This document shows positions 1 to 8,249 of a stretch of DNA of 64,000 nt, piece by piece; the stretch's first letter is position 1; each line of letters opens with the position of its first letter. Source of the DNA: an uncultured Desulfobacterales bacterium (GTDB lineage: Bacteria > Desulfobacterota > Desulfobaccia > Desulfobaccales > 0-14-0-80-60-11); the NCBI GenBank assembly GCA_964522695.1, contig CAZFWX010000001.1, positions 1,517-65,516 of the forward strand, read 5' to 3'. Made by a program: the position numbers and the translations under genes. The notes beneath the pieces are model-generated. The model ran no database searches, was not told the DNA's origin, and worked only from the letters and a program-made list of their open reading frames with translations.

Positions 1-87
1 TGGGACGAATGGGCCAACGCCCATCTGGCCCAAAGCGTGGGCAATCCTGCCAAGAACCAGGTGCTTCTGTTCTCCCCGCCGCGCTGA
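1..87 (+). CDS. 3' end of an unidentified CDS entering from upstream (..WDEWANAHLAQSVGNPAKNQVLLFSPPR*)
   Basis: Frame 1 is open from the window edge to TGA at 85-87. Too short to assign a family. Confidence 0.3.
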   Translation, partial: WDEWANAHLAQSVGNPAKNQVLLFSPPR

Positions 88-208
88 GGCTCCTTGGGGG
101 TCAAGCGAGGAGGTGACTGCCGGGTTTCTGAAAAAAGGAGAAACCTGCGACGCCAGGCGGGCAGGGAAACCCTAAACCCCAAACCATACATTTTCGGAGG
201 AAAGAGAA

Positions 209-1042
209 ATGAGAAAGCTCGTACTGTTGGTGATGGTGCTGCTGTTGGCGGTTCCGGCTTTTGCCCAAAACTGCTCGGACCCCACGGGTTGCAACGTGGC
301 TTTTAACGTCTATGTGGAAAAGTACAAGGCGATTTACGATTACACCCTGAACGCCAAGTTCTTCTTCACCTTCGCCTACATCGAACTGGACCCCAAGGCC
401 CTGGCCGACTGCGAAGTCTTCAAGTGCGACTATAATGCCGGTAATTATGTCAAGTCATTTGTCGGCACGTACGATGACAACATCACTGATTCCTTTAGCC
501 GGTTTGAAGGCATCGGCCAGGCCAACCAGGCGGCCGGGTTCGCCGTGAACCAGGGCAACGTCGTGGCCATCGCCGCCACCGAGGGCACCAAGAAGTCTGC
601 GGCCATGACCGAGGTCGGGGTGGAACAGACCAATTACTTCAATCACCTGGATTCTTGTATCAACCTGACCGCCTCCACCATCACTGACTCCTTCAACCGG
701 TTCGATGGCATCGGCCAGGTCAACCAGTCCCCCGGTTCCATGAACAACCAGAATAACGTGGTGGCCGTGTCCGCGGGCCTCACCGGTTCTTCTGGTAACT
801 CTGGTAACACTGAAACCTATGGCGGTGGGCGGAGCTACGAAAATGGCGTGTTGGCCACCAACGACACCTTCCTGAGCCAGAACAACGTGTTCAATTGTGC
901 CCAGGTGAATTTTGCCTACAGCTACAACTCCATCAGCAGTTCCTTCAACGGTTTCACCGGTATCGGCCAGGCCAACCAGTCTTCCGGCAGCATGAACAAC
1001 CAGGCCAATATCGTCTCCATCAGCTTTGCCGGCAACCGGTAA
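209..1042 (+). CDS. Secreted Q/N/G-rich protein with three imperfect ~32-aa repeats (curlin/FapC-like amyloid-subunit candidate)
   Basis: Signal-peptide-like N-terminus MRKLVLLVMVLLLAVPAFA|Q. RBS GGAGGAAAG lies upstream. Three repeats at nt 479-574, 677-772 and 929-1024, with core SF-x-[RG]-F-x-GIGQ-[AV]-NQ-x-x-G-x-x-x-NQ-x-N-[VI]-V. Confidence 0.85.
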   Translation: MRKLVLLVMVLLLAVPAFAQNCSDPTGCNVAFNVYVEKYKAIYDYTLNAKFFFTFAYIELDPKALADCEVFKCDYNAGNYVKSFVGTYDDNITDSFSRFEGIGQANQAAGFAVNQGNVVAIAATEGTKKSAAMTEVGVEQTNYFNHLDSCINLTASTITDSFNRFDGIGQVNQSPGSMNNQNNVVAVSAGLTGSSGNSGNTETYGGGRSYENGVLATNDTFLSQNNVFNCAQVNFAYSYNSISSSFNGFTGIGQANQSSGSMNNQANIVSISFAGNR

Positions 1043-1084
1043 TTAAAGTATAATGGGCTGAGGCAACTCAGCAGCAGATCAAAC

Positions 1085-1111
1085 CAGCCCCGGGGGTCTC
1101 CCCCGGGGCTG
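1085..1111 (+). promoter_or_regulatory. Perfect 12-bp GC-rich stem-loop (CAGCCCCGGGGG-tct-CCCCCGGGGCTG) between the repeat-protein gene and the peptidase gene; possible attenuator or mRNA-stabilising hairpin
   Basis: Inverted repeat read directly from the sequence. No T-run follows, so it is not a canonical intrinsic terminator. Confidence 0.4.
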
Positions 1112-1137
1112 CCATCCCACAACGAGAGGCAGACGTC

Positions 1138-2013
1138 ATGTTGACCAGGTATCGCCACATCCCCACATCCACCGGGAACATGAGGCGGCTGGCGGCCGCG
1201 GTGGCCATACCTCTGCTGACCTTGACCCTGCTCCCTTTCACCCCCTGTACGCTTCAGGCCGCGGAGGCCCCGGTCTTCCTGCCCGGCGGCGGCATGGTCA
1301 CCAAAACGGTGACAAGCAAGGCGCAGATGGCGGAGACGCCGGTCTTTCTGCCCGGCGGCGGGGTCTTCCTTAAAGAAGTGGTGACCTTCAAAGGGCGGCG
1401 CATGACCCGGGTTATCCCCCAGACTGCCGACTACAGTTGCGGCGCGGCCGCCGTGGCCACCCTGTTGCGCTTCCACTACGGACACGATGTTCTGGAGAAG
1501 GAAGCCATCCAGGGCATGTTTGAACACGGCGACAAGGAAGGCATCCGGCAGCGGGGTTTCTCCATGCTGGACATGAAACGCTTCCTGCAGAGCCGGGGTT
1601 TGCAGGTGGAAGGGTTCCAGGTCAAGGACATTGACACTCTCAAGAAGTTAACCGTGCCGGTCATTACTCTCATTGATGCTGCCCGGTACAAACACTTTGT
1701 GGTGCTCCGCAAAGTGGACGATCGTTTCGCCTATATTGCGGACCCTTCCTGGGGCAACCGCAGAATTCCTCTGGAGAACTTCCGGAGCATGTGGAACGAG
1801 GTGATTCTGGTGGCCATCGGCCCCTCGCAAGGCTCTCCCGAGGGTCTGTACATGGAGGCGGCTGACGAGGACACGTTGACCAAAGAGGTGGTCGTTCGGA
1901 ACTTTGACGGGGTCAACCCCCGCTTTGCCGTGGATCCCACTTTCTCCATTTACGTGGTCAATCCCCGTCTGTCCACCATACCTCTATCGAGTTTCGGGAC
2001 TCTCTTCCCGTAA
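1138..2013 (+). CDS. Exported papain-like cysteine peptidase, C39 family (FapD-like / bacteriocin-processing-type domain)
   Basis: Catalytic-Cys context ADYSCGAAAVATLL and His context YKHFVVLRKVDDRFAYIADPSWG are typical of Peptidase_C39. Hydrophobic N-terminal leader. The start could instead be the Met at 1180. Confidence 0.8.
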   Translation: MLTRYRHIPTSTGNMRRLAAAVAIPLLTLTLLPFTPCTLQAAEAPVFLPGGGMVTKTVTSKAQMAETPVFLPGGGVFLKEVVTFKGRRMTRVIPQTADYSCGAAAVATLLRFHYGHDVLEKEAIQGMFEHGDKEGIRQRGFSMLDMKRFLQSRGLQVEGFQVKDIDTLKKLTVPVITLIDAARYKHFVVLRKVDDRFAYIADPSWGNRRIPLENFRSMWNEVILVAIGPSQGSPEGLYMEAADEDTLTKEVVVRNFDGVNPRFAVDPTFSIYVVNPRLSTIPLSSFGTLFP

Positions 2014-2030
2014 GAGAACGAGGTATTCTC

Positions 2031-2528
2031 ATGCGTTGCAGAACAAACCGTCGTCTTGTAGGGGTTTCCGTGATCATGCTGCTGGCAGTCATGGCCCCTC
2101 TGGCAGTTTTTGCCGGCCCTGACGCCCAAACCCTTGTGGAGAAGAGGCCTGCCGTCCTCGCCGATCGCGCTCCCTTGAACGACAACCAACTGGAAGGCAT
2201 TCGCGGCCGCTACGGCGCTTACTATTTCGGTCTGGACATCGTCGTCAATATGACCGGTTCAGGGCCTGTGGTCTCCATCACTCCTCATCCCAACATGCCG
2301 CCGGGAACCACCGTCACCCCCACCGGAATTGTCTATGAGAGCGGCAACGTGAGCTACCGGGCAGGTATCGGGCCACAGAGCGTGTACCAAGGGGTTCAGG
2401 TGAGGGGCGACAAAAATATCGTCATGGGAGTGGTGAATCTCGATATTCTGGCTCCCAAAGCCATGTTGCGGGGAGCCGCCACGACCCCAACCATCCCGCG
2501 GCCCTCAGTATTCGGGATGAGTCGCTAA
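2031..2528 (+). CDS. Secreted hypothetical protein (165 aa) within the repeat-protein/C39 cluster
   Basis: Signal-like N-terminus (VGVSVIMLLAVMAPLAVFAGP). Tight co-directional spacing with its neighbours. No family recognised. Confidence 0.6.
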   Translation: MRCRTNRRLVGVSVIMLLAVMAPLAVFAGPDAQTLVEKRPAVLADRAPLNDNQLEGIRGRYGAYYFGLDIVVNMTGSGPVVSITPHPNMPPGTTVTPTGIVYESGNVSYRAGIGPQSVYQGVQVRGDKNIVMGVVNLDILAPKAMLRGAATTPTIPRPSVFGMSR

Positions 2529-2543
2529 GGAAACCAATATACT

Positions 2544-3302
2544 ATGCACCCACATGCGGCATGGAAAATCGGCGTGGCTGCGTTCTTGCTTACGGTGATG
2601 GCCTGGTTGCCCACGGACCTGAGGCTGGCCACCTGGTGCGGACCGGCGGCATGCCTGGGGCAGATGGCCGGTGAGGTGGAGATCAACCCGGAACGGATCA
2701 TTACCGGTTCCCGATCCCTTGCCAACTTTAGTTTCACCGGCTGCATCAACATCAGCGGCAATATCGTCACGGAAACGAATAGCCGGTCCCAGGTGGAAAT
2801 CGCCAACTCCTTCCGCTCCTTCACCGGTCTGGCCCAGGTCAACCAGTCAGGCGGCGCCCTTAACAGCCAGCTCAACCTGGTGGGGATTGCCGGCGTCAGT
2901 AATGGCGGGCGGTCCCAGGTCAGCATGAGCTATCAGAGCCGGGTATCGGACAATATTTTGAACACGTCCAACAATACCTATCAGGCCGCCATCACCGGGG
3001 AGTCATTCCGGGGAGGGACGGGAGTCGCCCAGGTGAACCAAACCGCCGGCAACATGAACGCGCAGATAAACGCATTTAACGTGTCGATGGGGGGGAGGCT
3101 GAACCTGACGGACAACCAATTGTGCGCGGTCCGGACCAATAACAGCATCTACGGACCGCCCAGCAGCACCTATGCCACCAAACTCGACTTGGAGGGGGGG
3201 GCTTTCAAGAACTTCACCGGCTTGGTCACCACCAACCAGGTGGCCGGAAATATGAACCAGGTCAGCACCGTTTTCAACGTGCATGTCGTCCCCGTGCCCT
3301 GA
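2544..3302 (+). CDS. Second Q/N-rich three-repeat protein, a divergent paralog of 209-1042 (FapB/FapC-like candidate)
   Basis: Three repeats at nt 2796-2891, 2988-3086 and 3189-3284, with core SF-x-x-[FG]-TG-[LV]-AQVNQ-x-x-G-x-[LM]-N-x-Q-x-N. Hydrophobic N-terminal segment. Confidence 0.8.
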   Translation: MHPHAAWKIGVAAFLLTVMAWLPTDLRLATWCGPAACLGQMAGEVEINPERIITGSRSLANFSFTGCINISGNIVTETNSRSQVEIANSFRSFTGLAQVNQSGGALNSQLNLVGIAGVSNGGRSQVSMSYQSRVSDNILNTSNNTYQAAITGESFRGGTGVAQVNQTAGNMNAQINAFNVSMGGRLNLTDNQLCAVRTNNSIYGPPSSTYATKLDLEGGAFKNFTGLVTTNQVAGNMNQVSTVFNVHVVPVP

Positions 3303-3357
3303 GCCGGCCCGAGGACTATAAAAGGTCTGCACTACCGTTCAGACGGAAAGGGGTACC

Positions 3358-3768
3358 ATGCCCCGGCAGTCTTCGCTCACGGACAGTCCCCGGGCCCCCT
3401 GGGTCCGGGGACTTCTGTTTTTCTATCCCCTGGTGGGGATCCTCTGCTTTTGCGGGCTCACCCTGGCTGCCGGCCCGGGGAAATATTTCCAGGTGGAGAA
3501 GCTTGCTCCCCAATATTTTAAAATCACCCCGCGGGTTCAGGGTCCCGTCTCCTCTCAACTGGTGGGAGGAGGCGGCTCCCAGGAACTCATCACCCGCCAG
3601 GAAAACGGCCGCACCGTCATCTATGCCCGCATCCCCGCCGGGGCCGCATTAACTCTCCGGGTGGGGGACTTTTATCTGCGTCTGTGGATGAAGACCTCCG
3701 GCGCCTTTGAGGTGCAGGAGGGGCTCAGAGGCCAGGAGGTCTCCCCCACAGGTCCAGAAAATCTCTGA
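3358..3768 (+). CDS. Membrane-anchored or secreted hypothetical protein (136 aa), last gene of the cluster
   Basis: N-terminal TM/signal segment GLLFFYPLVGILCFCGLTLAA. Co-directional with the cluster. No family recognised. Confidence 0.5.
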   Translation: MPRQSSLTDSPRAPWVRGLLFFYPLVGILCFCGLTLAAGPGKYFQVEKLAPQYFKITPRVQGPVSSQLVGGGGSQELITRQENGRTVIYARIPAGAALTLRVGDFYLRLWMKTSGAFEVQEGLRGQEVSPTGPENL

Positions 3769-3966
3769 GGACTACGGGATCCCGCCGGCGAGGCCAGCCA
3801 GGAGTTATAGAAGGAAATTTCTTGGTAAATTTTATAGTAATCTCTTAGCTTCCTTTTTTCCCGTATGCAGATTAAAATAATAACATCAAAAACTTCGCAT
3901 CTTTCCCGCCGGAAGTTGGGACCAATCGCAGGGGTCCTTGATGAGGTCAATGGAACCGAGGAGTAA

Positions 3967-4287
3967 GTGATGAAAACAATGAGGATGATGGTTGCCGGCG
4001 CCGCCGCGGCTCTGCTGATTACCGGCTGCGCCACCATGGACGACACTGCAGCAAGCCATGATTTTACGAAATTATGCGTGGCCGTGGACAAGAATAACGA
4101 CGGCAAGATTGACATGAATGAATTCACGGCTGGAGCCAAAGACCAGGAACAGGCCTCCCAAGTCTTCCGCCAGTGCGATTTGAACAGCGACGGGGCGATC
4201 ACCCAGGAGGAGGCCCAGAAGAACCGGAACCTCATGCGGCAGGAATTAATGAAAAGAGAAGTGATCAGGATAACGGGACCCCGGTAG
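3967..4287 (+). CDS. EF-hand calcium-binding lipoprotein
   Basis: Lipobox LLITG|C. Two canonical EF-hand loops: DKNNDGKIDMNEF and DLNSDGAITQEE. Confidence 0.8.
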   Translation: MMKTMRMMVAGAAAALLITGCATMDDTAASHDFTKLCVAVDKNNDGKIDMNEFTAGAKDQEQASQVFRQCDLNSDGAITQEEAQKNRNLMRQELMKREVIRITGPR

Positions 4288-4674
4288 CCCCTTCCGGTCC
4301 CGGCAGTGGATCTGGCCTTTCAGCCGGTCTGCCCCCACCATGCCCGGCTTAACCCTGGCGGCCCAGGCCGAAGATTGCAGCTCCAGGGATTGTCAGGGCA
4401 CCGCCACCAGTCAGGAGCATGTCTTTGCAGACCTGAACTCCGGGCAGCCCGCCCTTCACGCCGTTTTGTTAATTTTTCTAAGTAACCTCACCTTGTTGTC
4501 CTCATTATCCTTTTCTCATATCCATAGCAGAATTTCTGCTGCCAATTGGCAGTCAAGCCGGTGGAGCAGGCCCCAGCCTGTGCAGGATCAGGCTTAAGAC
4601 CGGCTCAGGGCAATTTGACCCATTGATCGCAACTCGGTATGCTTGATACGGGAAAATGGCGGGAAGTCGAACGT

Positions 4675-4712
4675 CAGCGGGGGATGGGGCGCTAGACCGT
4701 TATCCCCCGCTG
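4675..4712 (-). terminator. 11-bp perfect inverted repeat (CAGCGGGGGAT..ATCCCCCGCTG) 12 nt after the stop of the 4725-5213 gene; terminator-like hairpin without a clear U-tract
   Basis: Read directly from the sequence. The loop is 16 nt. Confidence 0.35.
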
Positions 4713-4724
4713 AGGAAGAAAGGC

Positions 4725-5213
4725 TTATTTGCCGGGGAAGTAATCGTAGGTCGTATATTCCACGAACTTTTCGTCTTTGCTCAGATAGAATCCCTGAATG
4801 ACGGTGGCGGAGCGGCGCACAAACGCGGCGGAAACCTGGTTGGGGGGAAACTTTTTAAATTCAATCCCCTTGATTTCCTTGATCAGCTCTTCTTTGGGGA
4901 TGGGCCGTCGGGCCTTGGTCTGGGCGCTCACCAGGACGCCGGCGCGATTGAAATAATAGACCACTTCTTCTCCCGGAACAGCAAAGCGGGTGACCGCGCC
5001 GACGCTGGCCAGGCGGGAACCGGGCTCGGCCTTAAAAGGGGCCTCGACCCCCCGGGGAACGGCCTTTTTCAGATCCGCCAATTTCACCTTTCCCAAGGCG
5101 TCCACAATATCGGGCTGCTTGGCGGCGGGTGCGCCGGGTTTCGTTTGGGCCAGAGATGGGCTTGCCAGCGCCAGGAGCAGGCTAATAATGAGGAGTACGC
5201 GCAAAATTTTCAC
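4725..5213 (-). CDS. Secreted hypothetical protein (162 aa)
   Basis: Signal peptide MKILRVLLIISLLLALASPSLA|Q. Coding-like composition. No family recognised. Confidence 0.7.
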   Translation of the reverse strand: MKILRVLLIISLLLALASPSLAQTKPGAPAAKQPDIVDALGKVKLADLKKAVPRGVEAPFKAEPGSRLASVGAVTRFAVPGEEVVYYFNRAGVLVSAQTKARRPIPKEELIKEIKGIEFKKFPPNQVSAAFVRRSATVIQGFYLSKDEKFVEYTTYDYFPGK

Positions 5214-5327
5214 TCACAGCCTCCGTTACTAAAGAATTTCGGCACGACCGAAGGTTTTTCCTTCCTTCTAGCAGCATTATAGACGATCGCCGGAAAAGTT
5301 TCTTCTCCTTTTTTTCCATCCCTAGGG

Positions 5328-6713
5328 CTATTGGTTGAGACCGGTTTCCCGATCGCTCAGATTGTATTTCTGCACCAGATGGTACAGCATGGACCGGCTG
5401 ATTTTCAGCGCCTTGCTGGCCAGTTGGGCGTTGCCATGGAAACTGCGCAACACCTTGGCCACCAGCCTGGCCTCGAATTCAGCCTTGGCTCCCTTGAGCC
5501 CCCCGCCGTTTAAGATGGGTTCCGGTTCCAGCTCATCCAGGGACAGGCCCAGGTGTTCCGGACCGATCCAGGGCCCTTCCGCCAGCACCACCGCCCGGCG
5601 GACCCGATTGACCAATTCCCTGATATTGCCGGGCCAATGATGACCCTGGATGACCTGCACCGCCTTGCGAGTAAAGCCGCTGATCTCCCGTTCCACCTTG
5701 CTGGCGTACTGCTTCAAAAAGATGTTGGCCATGATCAGGGAATCCATATCCCGGTCTTTCAAGGGCGGGAGGTGCATATGGACCACATTCAGGCGGTAAA
5801 ACAAGTCTTCCCGGAACCGTGATTTTTTCGTCATCTCCTCCAGGTCGCCGTTGGTGGCGGAAAGAATCCGTAAGTCCACCCGGATGGGATCACGGCCGCC
5901 GACCCGGGTAAAGGAGAATTCCTGCAGGAAACGCAGCAGTTTGACCTGCAACTCCAAGGGCAGTTCTGCCACTTCGTCCAAAAACAGCGTGCCCCCGTGA
6001 GCCCTTTCCACCATGCCGACGGTGGTGCGGTAGGCCCCGCTAAAGGCCCCTTTCTCATACCCGAAGAATTCCGATTCCAGCAATTCCCGGGGGATGGCGC
6101 CGCAGTTAATGGGGACGAAAGGCCCCTTGGCCCGCAGGCTCCGTTCGTGAATGGCCCGGGCCACCATTTCTTTGCCGGTGCCGCTGGCCCCGGTGATCAG
6201 AACCGCCACATCCGAGGGCGCCACCTTGCGGATCATCTGGAAGGTTTCCCGCATGGCCGGGCAGGTGCCGATCATCTCTTCATCCTGTTCCTGCCCGAGC
6301 AAACATTCCGGAAAGTTTTTACTTTCAAACCCCAGAGGCTTGCGGCAACTGGGACACTTTCCCTTTAACTGTTGATGCAGCTCCTTGCCGCAGAAGGGAC
6401 AATCTTTCAGATCCCTGACCTTGGGGAGAATGACGCGTTCCCAAATGAGGGACCTCGATTCGCTGTCTAGATCTAAGAATTCAACTGCGCTGCCGACTTT
6501 ATTGGTGCGCACCACCCGCACCAGAATCTCTTGCTCTGGACCGTTGGGAACCGGCTTGAATTTCAGGTTCGCCAACGAATTAAGATCGGGAATAAAGGAA
6601 CTTTTGAGGAAAGCACCCCCCAACCCCAGGTCCGAAATCGTCCCTTCGCCCGTCAGGCCCGGACCGAAAAGGATATAGGGATAGCTTACCGGGACTCGTG
6701 GAGAATTTCGCAT
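5328..6713 (-). CDS. Sigma-54-dependent transcriptional activator with N-terminal PilZ-like domain and a CxxC..CxxC zinc ribbon
   Basis: N-terminus has R-N-S-P-R (RxxxR) followed by ISDLGLGGAFL (D-x-S/G-x-x-G), which is PilZ-like. Zinc ribbon CPFCGKE..CPSCRK. AAA+ motifs GASGTGKE and ESEFFGYEKGAFSGA (GAFTGA variant). C-terminal Fis-type HTH. Confidence 0.9.
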   Translation of the reverse strand: MRNSPRVPVSYPYILFGPGLTGEGTISDLGLGGAFLKSSFIPDLNSLANLKFKPVPNGPEQEILVRVVRTNKVGSAVEFLDLDSESRSLIWERVILPKVRDLKDCPFCGKELHQQLKGKCPSCRKPLGFESKNFPECLLGQEQDEEMIGTCPAMRETFQMIRKVAPSDVAVLITGASGTGKEMVARAIHERSLRAKGPFVPINCGAIPRELLESEFFGYEKGAFSGAYRTTVGMVERAHGGTLFLDEVAELPLELQVKLLRFLQEFSFTRVGGRDPIRVDLRILSATNGDLEEMTKKSRFREDLFYRLNVVHMHLPPLKDRDMDSLIMANIFLKQYASKVEREISGFTRKAVQVIQGHHWPGNIRELVNRVRRAVVLAEGPWIGPEHLGLSLDELEPEPILNGGGLKGAKAEFEARLVAKVLRSFHGNAQLASKALKISRSMLYHLVQKYNLSDRETGLNQ

Positions 6714-8249
6714 ATCCTATCTCTTCGCGTCAGTGACTCTCGGTGATTTTACAATTTACCGCTGTATTGTTCGGCAAGAATTCTTTCCACCCTCAACTGC
6801 TGCAATGTGAGGGATTTGACAAGGAACATGCTCAAAAAATCGTCTAAAATCATCACCTCCCCTTTCTTGCCGCCAACAGATGGAAAGGTCCGCGCCTGCC
6901 GCCGGCATGTATCGAAAGCACTTTCCCCATTTACCCCTAAGGCAAATGAGAAAATACGGTATGGGGTGAGAGTTTGCTTGCCATCGTGTCATCTCCGGCA
7001 AATTCCCTGCCGGAACTTCACTGTAATGAGGCGCCACATCCTTCGGGCGAACTGTCGCTGCTTCTCCGGCCTAACCTGCCCTCTGGCAGTCTGGAGAATT
7101 TTCCAGCCAGTTAGGCCCAGCATTGTTGAGATTGGAAAGGTACATCAGCAAAAGACGTCCCGCACTGGTTAACCTGTAAAAATCCATTCAGATCGGTTCT
7201 CGCCGCTGGTTTTTTCAGGCCAGCATATCTCAAATTGTGAACGGCTTCGGATAGCTCTGTGTCAAATCCTAACCCTCCGGTTCACAACTGCTGCTCAAGT
7301 ACGGTCTCGCTCAGGGAGGGGATGGTGTTCTTAATTTTGTGCCTATTTAAAGATAAGAATTTACAAAAAATAAAAAAGCCGGGAATACCCTGATTCTTAT
7401 ATTCGTTTTTCCTGACCAGCGAGAGAAGGAGTTCAGAGATGGACCTATCTCCTTATAATCTCTAAATTATTTATCTTACATAGGCAGGCTCCGCGCTCCT
7501 TTCCGGGGGCCGAAAAAAGAACATGGGTGAAAAAATTTTTGCAAACATCAGCCATTTTCTAAATTTTTCGCAATCCGGCAAATGACATGAAAGCTCCTTC
7601 CCCTTTTTTCCCCAGCTTATTTGCTTCCACAACACCATGAACTTGAGATAACCGTAAGAAATCAGAGGATTAGGATGCGTTCCGCATCTTGCGCACATTC
7701 TCAAATTTTAAGGGTAATAGTAGCACTTGTGCAAGGAACGTCTATCCATTGGAATGACCATCTTTTAATAGTTAAAAATGACCATTTTTATCTTTCCTAC
7801 TTGGTGGACGTTTACTTGGCGGTAAGCTCCGGGCGAGTTGACAATGCGTCTCGGTTACAGCGGGAATGGTTGCAGTCTATCTCCCCATAGACCGATTGGC
7901 GAAGGAGTGAAAGGCATGGCGACCTTTCGAGATAAAGATAAGAATGCCTGGCAGGGTCGTCAACCGGACGGCATGGCTCGCCTGAGAAAATTTTGACTCT
8001 CCATCTACCCTGGGGAGGGTGATTCCGGTCCGGGTGTTGAGAGACGCATACCGGCTTTCTTGGAGGTTGGGCCTTGGTCGCGGGGGTATCCCGAGGGTGA
8101 CAACCTGTGGCCGCAAAGAGGGGATGGGGGCGAAGCGCGCCGGGCGGGGGGAGGTCTTCCTCTTCCCACAGGCCAGGAAATCATCAGGAGGTGGTTCCAG
8201 GGCGGCTCTCCGGGAAGCCCTGGCTAACCGGAATCTGCCTCAAGCCTCT

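Noticed and set aside
4340-4597. 85-codon ORF in the convergent spacer 4288-4724, and the 14-bp palindrome CTGCCAATTGGCAG (about 4538-4553)
   Set aside because: The ORF has no RBS and an atypical composition. The palindrome is isolated and has no obvious regulatory target between two convergent gene ends.
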